DNA from: Planctomycetota bacterium
GTDB lineage: Bacteria > Planctomycetota > SZUA-567 > H5-PLA8
NCBI GenBank assembly: GCA_038227875.1
Contig: JBBRPR010000029.1
Span: forward strand, 36,939 to 100,938
Direction: 5' to 3'
DNA length: 64,000 nucleotides
Each line of letters starts with the position of its first letter. The first letter of the stretch is position 1. Below, in pieces: positions 57,535-64,000 of this stretch. The notes beneath the pieces were generated by a model. It was not told where the DNA came from. It did no database searches and saw only the letters and a program-made list of their open reading frames with translations. Made by a program: the position numbers and the translations under genes.

Positions 57535-59253
57535 ATGCCAGATTCGCCGCTTCCGCAGGAACTCGCACGCAAAATCGAGCAGGCTCGCAACATTACCAAC
57601 CGTCCCCACACGGAACGCGTCGCCTCTCCGGCGTCCGTCGCCGAAACCGTCTACCAGCGCGCGCAGACGCAGGGCGACGCCGTCTACCTGACGTATCTGG
57701 CCGACGACGGTTCTGAACGGCGCTACACCTACGCGGATTTCTACACACGCATCCGCCGCGTCGCCGCGATGCTCTACGTCTTCGCCGGCGTGAAGCGCGG
57801 CGACCGCATCGCGACCGCCATGCACAACCACGATCAGGCCATCGTCATCACCTTCGCGGCCTGGCATCTCGGCGCGACGGTTGTGCCGTTGAATGTCGGC
57901 GAGGACGACAAGCGCCTGCCATACGTGCTCGAACATTCGCGCGTTAAAGCGCTCTTCGTCTTGAACGACTACGCCGCGCGCATGCGTCCGCTGGCGAAGG
58001 CGATTCCCGCGATCGAATTCGTTTTTCGCGTCGGGGGAGTTGCGGAAGATGGCGAGATCGCATTCGAGCAGTTCATTCCGCCCGTGGACGTGCCGCAATT
58101 CGCCAAACCCGACGACGTCCAGCCCGACGACGAGGCACTCATCGTCTACACCTCCGGCACGACTGGTGTACCGAAGGGCGTCGTGCTGACGCAGTACAAC
58201 CTGATCGCCGACGCCTACGCGATCACGCAGTGGCACGGCATGAATTCGAAAACGAAAATGATGTGCGTGCTGCCCGTCCACCACGTCAACGGCATGGAAG
58301 TGACACACGTGACGCCGATGTTCTTCGGCGGCAGCGTTCTGCTGACGAAGAAATTCAGCGCGCGGAATTTCTTCGCCACCATCGCCGCGCACGGCATTCA
58401 GATCGTCAGCGTGGTGCCAACGCTGCTGCAATTCCTGATCGAAGCCATGCCGCCGGATTTCGATGCGAAGAAATCCGTGCCGACGCTCCGCTACATCATC
58501 TGCGGTGCCGGCCCACTGACCGTCGACCTGGCCTCGCGTTTCGAAGACCGCTTCAAGATTCCCATCTGCCACGGTTATGGCCTGAGCGAGTCGACGTGCT
58601 ATTCGTGCTTCGTGCCGGTCGTCGATTCCGTCGATGAGCCCGGCCACCGCCAGTGGATCCGCGACTTCGGCTACCCGTCGATCGGCGTGCCCGTCGCCAC
58701 CAACGAGATGGCGATCCACGACGACCACGGCAACGCGCTCGGCGAAAACGTGAAGGGCGAGATCGTCATCCGCGGCCACAACATCATGCCCGGCTACTAC
58801 GACAATCTGAAAGCCAACGACGGCGCCTTCACCCACGGCTGGTTCCGTTCCGGCGACGAGGGTTTCTTCCGGCTTGGTGCCAAGGGCGAACCGTACTTTT
58901 TCATCTCCGGCCGCTTCAAAGAACTGATCATCCGCGGCGGCGTCAAGATCTCCCCGCTGGAAGTCGACGAGATCCTCAACCGCATCGACGGCGTGCAGGC
59001 CGCGATGGCCGTCGGTTTCGAGAACGTGACCTACGGCGAGGAAGTCGGCGCCTACGTGGTGATGAAACCCGGCGCCTCGCTCTGCGAGGAGACCGTGATC
59101 ACCGCCTGCCGCGGCAAACTCTCCTACCACGCGCTGCCCAAAGTCGTGATCTTCGGCGAAACATTCCCCGTCACGAGCACCGGAAAGTATCAGCGCAACA
59201 CGCTGAAGCCCCTCTTCGCAAAATTCAAAGACGCGCAATTCAGAGACAAGTGA
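57535..59253 (+). CDS. Class I adenylate-forming enzyme (acyl-CoA synthetase family)
   Basis: YTSGTTGVPKG, GYGLSES, GWFRSGD, GRFKELIIRGG, TGK. Confidence 0.93.
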   Translation: MPDSPLPQELARKIEQARNITNRPHTERVASPASVAETVYQRAQTQGDAVYLTYLADDGSERRYTYADFYTRIRRVAAMLYVFAGVKRGDRIATAMHNHDQAIVITFAAWHLGATVVPLNVGEDDKRLPYVLEHSRVKALFVLNDYAARMRPLAKAIPAIEFVFRVGGVAEDGEIAFEQFIPPVDVPQFAKPDDVQPDDEALIVYTSGTTGVPKGVVLTQYNLIADAYAITQWHGMNSKTKMMCVLPVHHVNGMEVTHVTPMFFGGSVLLTKKFSARNFFATIAAHGIQIVSVVPTLLQFLIEAMPPDFDAKKSVPTLRYIICGAGPLTVDLASRFEDRFKIPICHGYGLSESTCYSCFVPVVDSVDEPGHRQWIRDFGYPSIGVPVATNEMAIHDDHGNALGENVKGEIVIRGHNIMPGYYDNLKANDGAFTHGWFRSGDEGFFRLGAKGEPYFFISGRFKELIIRGGVKISPLEVDEILNRIDGVQAAMAVGFENVTYGEEVGAYVVMKPGASLCEETVITACRGKLSYHALPKVVIFGETFPVTSTGKYQRNTLKPLFAKFKDAQFRDK

Positions 59254-59262
59254 AACTTGAGT

Positions 59263-59289
59263 AGGCAGAAGGCAGTGGCAGTAGGCAGA
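59263..59289. repeat. AGGCAGW heptamer array (same family as 17494-17527)
   Basis: AGGCAGA AGGCAGT GGCAGT AGGCAGA. Confidence 0.7.
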
Positions 59290-59397
59290 AACCGAAGGCC
59301 CCAGTTTGCGCTCAAGTCCCACGCCCGGGTGCCACCCGTCATGTCGTTGAGACCGGTGTGTTTGACGCATCGCGTTTGCAATTTGGACCGAAGTTGT

Positions 59398-59432
59398 GTG
59401 CCACTGGTGGCTGGCAGTTAAACCACCAGTGC
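59398..59432. repeat. REP-like palindrome
   Basis: GTGC-CACTGGTGG-N12-CCACCAGTG-C between convergent genes. Confidence 0.55.
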
Positions 59433-59520
59433 GAACTCGCGGACGCGGGTTGCTGGTACGTGAGACGGCGTGGGATTCTATCTCAAACTAATGGCACCGC
59501 TTTACGCGACTGCCTTCTCG

Positions 59521-60429
59521 TCACTTCGGTTCCGAATACTTCTGCACCTTCTCGTCCACATCCTTATTGTTCGTCTCGATGTCCAGCTTCGAGGCGTCGT
59601 CGCGCTTCTTCTCGTCGCGGAATTCCGTGCCGCGGTGCGGGCCGGCCATGGCTTTGCGCACTTCCTTTTCCTCGGCCAGCCGCGTCGCCGGCAGCGCCGG
59701 CTTCACGACGTAATCGACCAGTTCCTGGCGGAACACTTCTTCGTTCATGAAGTACTTCGAACGGCGTACGAGTCCCACGTTCGGCGCGAACCAGTAGCGG
59801 AAGATTTCCTTCCGGTCGCGCGATTCCTGACGCGCCACCACGCAATCGTGGAACGGACCCTTCGGCGTCGAAACCGTTTCTGAGGCCGATTCGATCTCGT
59901 AGTAAAGATCCTGCCCGCCCGGCGCGGAGACGATCCACTTGTAGCCCGTGTGCGGCGGCAGGATCAGCAGGTAACTGCGTCCGCGCTGGCTCTGAAATCC
60001 AACATAGCCGCTCTTTTTCGACCAGACCTGTTCGGCTGTGTCATAAAGCGCGCGGTACGTGAGGTCATCGACCGACGCGCGCAATTCCAGCGCGACGCGG
60101 CGCGCCACTGCTGGTCGTTCGGATTTCGTCTCGGTCTTGCCCGTGCCATCCGGATCGATCACATCGGCCTTCGGCGCGACCTGCGAATCCGGATCGTCGC
60201 TCGCCTTGGCCTTGATGTCGTCGTCGATTGCCGCCGTGGTAACCGTCTGTCCCGCAGCCATGCGCTTCAGCAGCGGCCGGTCGAGCAGCCGGTACTCCCA
60301 ATGGTTGCCATCGCGGAGCGGAAAGTAATCGGTCTTCGGCACATCCTTCTCGCACCCGCCAATCACCGCCAGCAAGGCGAACAGGGAGAGCGCACTTAGC
60401 GTACGTTTTTTCGTGAGGTTCATGGTCAT
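59521..60429 (-). CDS. Putative lipoprotein
   Basis: Lipobox IGGC; DYFPLRDGNHWEY, ETVSTPKGPFHDC, YWFAPNVGLVR pattern. Confidence 0.75.
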   Translation of the reverse strand: MTMNLTKKRTLSALSLFALLAVIGGCEKDVPKTDYFPLRDGNHWEYRLLDRPLLKRMAAGQTVTTAAIDDDIKAKASDDPDSQVAPKADVIDPDGTGKTETKSERPAVARRVALELRASVDDLTYRALYDTAEQVWSKKSGYVGFQSQRGRSYLLILPPHTGYKWIVSAPGGQDLYYEIESASETVSTPKGPFHDCVVARQESRDRKEIFRYWFAPNVGLVRRSKYFMNEEVFRQELVDYVVKPALPATRLAEEKEVRKAMAGPHRGTEFRDEKKRDDASKLDIETNNKDVDEKVQKYSEPK

Positions 60430-60516
60430 GTTTTATCGGACGTTTGCAACCGAGTACACCACCAAAAATTCCCGCGCCTCAACCACGACTTGTGCGCCCA
60501 AACGCTTGCGGCCTTC

Positions 60517-60548
60517 AATTCAAAACTCAAAACTCAAAATTCAAAACT
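60517..60548. repeat. AAYTCAA heptamer tandem repeat x4.5
   Basis: AATTCAA AACTCAA AACTCAA AATTCAA AACT. Confidence 0.75.
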
Positions 60549-60580
60549 ACCTCAGCGCGCTCCACGCCGAGTAGCCGCCG

Positions 60581-60925
60581 CTATTTCGGCGCCACCGTAG
60601 TCAGAAAAACTGCCGCGCCGCCCGGTACGGCAACGACAATCCCTGCATCCAGCGCACCTTTTACTTCGCCCACAGGTTTGGGCAGTCCGTCGGCATCGGC
60701 GGGAGCGGATGAAGCCGTGTAATCGTAGCGCCAGAGGGAGACCTTTCCGCCCTCAGCGGCATGCAATTTCACCAGCGTCTCGGAGGCGTTGCGGTTGACG
60801 ATCACGAAGGTCCAGCCGGAAGTCTCGGGCGTCTCGCCCGGAAGTTTTGCGGCAATGGCGCGAATGTGTCGGGGCAATCCGGAAATCTGATAGGTCGTCG
60901 CGCCGGGACGGACGGTCCGAAAGGC
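60581..60925 (-). pseudogene. 3' remnant of a larger gene (glycoside-hydrolase C-terminal beta-sandwich-like)
   Basis: Frame reads FRTVRPGATTYQISGLPRHIRAIAAK...WTFVIVNR...VPGGAAVFLTT with no credible start or RBS. Confidence 0.5.
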
Positions 60926-61124
60926 TCTGCTGTCATCAAGCGGACAGTAGCGGACGCTAACGTACGTCTAATGTACGAGCAGAGGAACACAGAATCAGCA
61001 CAGGAAGTTGTTGGGGTTATGGGAATGGGGGCGGTTCGGTCGCCAACTTGACGATGCCTGCCTGCAAGTATCCAGTAACGTCGTCGTTTATAGAATATAG
61101 GGTTCCGATTTGATCGGGCGACAA

Positions 61125-61874
61125 ATGAAACGAGTCCTCTTGCTGGTCATCGCTTCGTTCTCCATAGTCTGCTGTCTTTTCTTATTTTTTAACCGCAATG
61201 CCCCGCCAACGTACGATATTGCCCTTCATCTCAATGGGGAACAGCTTGTTTGCGACGGCAACGCGGCAGGACTGGACTGGCGAGAAGTTTGGCGGAAAAA
61301 TCTCGACACTTTGATCAAGTCAGAAGGCGGCAAGCAAGGATCAATCCGAACACGGCGGCTGATTTTGAAATTGGACTCCGACCTGTCCTATGGCGTTTTT
61401 CAAGACTTGCTGATAGAAAGCTCGTCTCGCGGCTACATAAACTACGGCGTAACGCTCGGCATTTCTGACGCTGTGATTCTCTTTACCCTCTATCCCAACG
61501 CCCAGAGCCGTCCAGACGGAATTTATACGGCGCTCGAATTGTTGATAAATTCTAAAGGACACGGCAGCATTGACGAAAAATCATTTAAGACCGCCATTCA
61601 AGGGAATCCAATGTATCTCAAGATTGTTCCAGACGACGATGTCTCGATAATGCAAATTCTTCGGCCTATCGAACTACTGGCTCCAAAATCAGGGCAAGCC
61701 TTGGTCGAATTCTTGGCAACTCGTACGCGTTCCGAGCGGAACTGTGGGAAGAAAAGCGCGACATTTGTTTGGCAAACGCGGAATATTGAGATTAGGCATG
61801 GTAGCGAGATTGTCGTCGTACCGGACGAAATCTTGGAAAAGGCAGAAGTCGAAGAGTCGTCTCCAAAAAAATAG
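61125..61874 (+). CDS. Low-GC single-TM protein with ExbD/TolR-like domains
   Basis: N-terminal TM; LILKLDSDLSYGVFQDLL....RGY and LKIVPDDDVSIMQI resemble the ExbD periplasmic motif. Confidence 0.55.
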   Translation: MKRVLLLVIASFSIVCCLFLFFNRNAPPTYDIALHLNGEQLVCDGNAAGLDWREVWRKNLDTLIKSEGGKQGSIRTRRLILKLDSDLSYGVFQDLLIESSSRGYINYGVTLGISDAVILFTLYPNAQSRPDGIYTALELLINSKGHGSIDEKSFKTAIQGNPMYLKIVPDDDVSIMQILRPIELLAPKSGQALVEFLATRTRSERNCGKKSATFVWQTRNIEIRHGSEIVVVPDEILEKAEVEESSPKK

Positions 61875-61916
61875 GCTCCAATGAACTCGCTTTCTATGGC
61901 CCACAATCGCCCACCC

Positions 61917-62039
61917 ATGCGCCTCCTGCCGCTCCTCCTGCTCCTGCCCGCCGCATGGCTGCTCGCCGCCGAGCCGCAGTACCCGCTTTGGGACGGCTCC
62001 GAGTCCGTCGCCGACTACGCCAAGCGGGTCAACCTGCCT
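61917..62039 (+). pseudogene. 5' stump of a secreted protein gene (signal peptide plus YPLWDGSESVADYAKRVNL)
   Basis: GC-rich host-like codons stop abruptly at 62040, where the opposite-strand low-GC gene ends; from recall the motif resembles the N-terminus of formylglycine-generating-enzyme-domain proteins. Confidence 0.55.
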
Positions 62040-62040
62040 G

Positions 62041-62403
62041 TTACTTGCGCACTCTGCCCTCTCGCCACATTCTGTCCACCGATTGGCCGAGTCGCAATCC
62101 CTTTCTGGTTAGACAATACCCATCATTTTTCGCTCCGACCTCTTTGCCAGATCGCCGCCGCAAAATTCCGTCCGAAACCAGACGTGCCAACGCTTGCTCA
62201 GCGACAGTGGTCGTAATTGTAGGAAGAAACGGTTTGACGTACTCTGCAACGGGTTCTCCTACAACTTCCCTATAAAGTTCTGCGTCCGAATACCAATTAT
62301 TTTCACGGTAAGCAGTTATGACAATCAAAAACTCTGGGTGGGATACATGGCACTCCGCCATGATCCATGTTAGTTTCTCAAAAACAGCCTCGCCAAGAGT
62401 CAT
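62041..62403 (-). CDS. Low-GC hypothetical protein with winged-helix-like C-terminus
   Basis: EQALARLVSDGILRR...GYCLTRKG wHTH-like pattern. Confidence 0.55.
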   Translation of the reverse strand: MTLGEAVFEKLTWIMAECHVSHPEFLIVITAYRENNWYSDAELYREVVGEPVAEYVKPFLPTITTTVAEQALARLVSDGILRRRSGKEVGAKNDGYCLTRKGLRLGQSVDRMWREGRVRK

Positions 62404-62448
62404 GCTTTAAGAATATGCTTTGCCGTTACGATCGCAAGGGCGGTTCGC

Positions 62449-62790
62449 TCATGGCTTGCGGCCCTCGCGGCGGCGGATGAGGGACTCGGTAGCCAATGCT
62501 GAAACACCGAGAATTATCATCCAGCAACTGAAATTTAACCACAATTTGTAGTCAGAATAATCTGTTCCGTGCTCACTCAACAAAAATGAAAATGGCCAGC
62601 CACATTTTGCACTACATCTAGCAGTCAATCCCCATTTCTCGAAGGTGTAGCTGACCGAATTCTGATTTAGGTACATTATGGCCCCAGCGACAGTTACCAT
62701 CACTAACGCCGTCAGCAGATGGAACCTGAACCACGGGCGCTCCGGCTTCTCGCACAGCGGTCGCTCGCCTGTTATCGAGGAACTTGCCAT
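62449..62790 (-). CDS. Small two-TM protein with GC-rich termini and AT-rich core
   Basis: KPERPWFRFHLLTALVMV..AG (TM1), GWP, TM2, ESLIRRREGRKP. Confidence 0.7.
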   Translation of the reverse strand: MASSSITGERPLCEKPERPWFRFHLLTALVMVTVAGAIMYLNQNSVSYTFEKWGLTARCSAKCGWPFSFLLSEHGTDYSDYKLWLNFSCWMIILGVSALATESLIRRREGRKP

Positions 62791-63127
62791 GACCTGTCTC
62801 CGTACTTTGCCTGTTGCTGATGATTACGCCAACCCGCGCAACGTTGATCAGGTCACTTGAACAGTTGCCACTTCTCATCCACCGCCGCCATCCTACCGCC
62901 GCCCCGCCCCTCCGGCCATACAATCCCGGCGTCGGGAACAGCCGTTTGCGGGGCGTCTGGGCGGGTCGGGGGGCGAAAAGGGCGGTTCCGTAGGGGTTCG
63001 GCGGCTGGGGACGCAGGGGGACGATCAGGAAGCGATTCCTGCTCTACTGGACATCAACCTTTGCCCAATCTCCGCCGAGCCATTACCATGACCAAAGGAA
63101 TTGATAGCCATAAGACTGGATTGAGAC

Positions 63128-63350
63128 ATGCAATACGCAAAATGGGTATTCGGAGTTTTTGGATTGATTGTTTTTTGTCGGGGTCTTCGTTGGTAATTCT
63201 TTGGCCATTGCCGCATGGTTTCTACGGAGACGGAAATCATCAATGATCCCGCTGATTGGCGGTGCTTTCGGAGCAATCGGCGCATTGGTGATCCCAGTTC
63301 CCACTATTCAGGCATTATGGTGCTGCCGCCACTTATCGAACCCGGTACCA
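63128..63350 (+). pseudogene. Frameshifted small membrane protein gene
   Basis: MQYAKWVFGVFGLIV / FFVGVFVGNS...SMIPLIGGAFGAIGALVIPVPTIQALW / LPPLIEPGT continues across three frames, with shifts near the T-run 63171-63176 and near 63321. Confidence 0.5.
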
Positions 63351-63466
63351 GAGCCATTGAAGCCGCTAGTCCGTTGCGAAAAATACGAGGAACCGCCCAA
63401 GGACGCGCTCAGCGAACTTGGGCGAGTAATTGGCGGCGGATCGCAGTTAGGCGAAGGGAACACGTT

Positions 63467-63796
63467 ATGCAGGCGCTCACCAAAGAAGAGATTCAGAAAC
63501 TTCCTCGCTGTGATGTGGAGCTTGCCGGGATTGATTGGCAACCGGACATGCTACTCGTATTCACGCTCCTCTTACCTGATGGCATGCGCGCTCGTTTGCG
63601 TGGGACATTCGCACGTCACCTGAATATCCAGTTGGAGTTCGACGAGCGCAGTGGCGGCTACCCAATGACTTGGGATATAATCTATTCCAAGTTGCCAGAT
63701 AACGGCTGGCACATTCTGATGGACTTCGCAGGCAAAGGAGCAATCGAGTTCGACTGTTCCGAATTGCACTTTGAGTATGTCACGAACGCCGGCTAG
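63467..63796 (+). CDS. Small beta-rich hypothetical protein (polymorphic-toxin immunity-like)
   Basis: GAAGGGA RBS, 109 aa, acidic; ends GAIEFDCSELHF, reminiscent of Imm50-type proteins. Confidence 0.5.
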   Translation: MQALTKEEIQKLPRCDVELAGIDWQPDMLLVFTLLLPDGMRARLRGTFARHLNIQLEFDERSGGYPMTWDIIYSKLPDNGWHILMDFAGKGAIEFDCSELHFEYVTNAG

Positions 63797-63840
63797 GAAG
63801 CCGGAGATGCAGCGCCACTGGTGAATCTAATGGACGCCGA

Positions 63841-64000
63841 CTACGCCCGCTTTTCCTCTCGCCCCGGCTCCTCCCCCAGCACGATCTCCCCAAGCGCGTT
63901 CGCCACCGTCTTCAGCCGCTCGTTCCGCGCCCTGCCATACGTCACCAGCGTCAGCGTCGGGTTCTTGTGGCGCGCCAGCGACATCGCCTCTTTGACGCTC
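63841..64000 (-). CDS. Tyrosine recombinase/integrase, C-terminal end (gene continues beyond the window)
   Basis: Translates SVKEAMSLARHKNPTLTLVTYGRARNERLKTVANALGE..., i.e. the box II L-x-x-H...T..Y catalytic motif. Confidence 0.8.
   Translation of the reverse strand, partial: SVKEAMSLARHKNPTLTLVTYGRARNERLKTVANALGEIVLGEEPGREEKRA

Noticed and set aside
320..59370. Long antisense/shadow ORFs (e.g. 320-1912, 4040-5710, 10537-11796, 15612-17144, 17614-19002, 57133-59370)
   Set aside because: Each overlaps a motif-supported gene on the other strand; expected from GC-rich codon bias and none shows protein motifs
62860..63030. tRNA remnant, att site or integron attC
   Set aside because: No cloverleaf or T-loop, no RYYYAAC/GTTRRRY pair and no repeat copy within the window

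Overview
GC-rich bacterial chromosomal window (roughly 60-65% GC by eye), densely coding with about 65 genes. Gene content suggests Planctomycetota (inference): three ECF sigma/anti-sigma pairs, an anti-sigma fused to an alpha/alpha-barrel repeat domain, a TMTC-like glycosyltransferase and membrane-anchored BRCT proteins. Recognisable genes: SNF2 helicase, glycosyltransferases, HDOD protein divergent from an orphan fliD-fliS-fliT-like cluster, pilT, a hybrid histidine kinase, ymdB-xseA, a GntR regulator, a general-stress islet, MBL hydrolases, a rhomboid protease and an acyl-CoA synthetase. I found no rRNA, tRNA or CRISPR array. Best leads: (1) a kinase plus enolase paralog whose C3-pocket residues are shrunk, suggesting a new sugar-acid pathway; (2) a DUF350-like / GSP-synthase-like ATP-grasp / unknown GGFG-tail operon, possibly a protein C-terminal ligation system; (3) a tandem pair of membrane-anchored coiled-coil/beta-barrel/BRCT proteins behind a near-consensus promoter; (4) a mosaic array of low-GC short genes and gene stumps beside a tyrosine integrase, including a gene with GC-rich ends, an AT-rich core and a translationally coupled next-unit stub; (5) five dispersed sigma54-type promoters. 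All calls come from reading motifs by eye; no searches were run.
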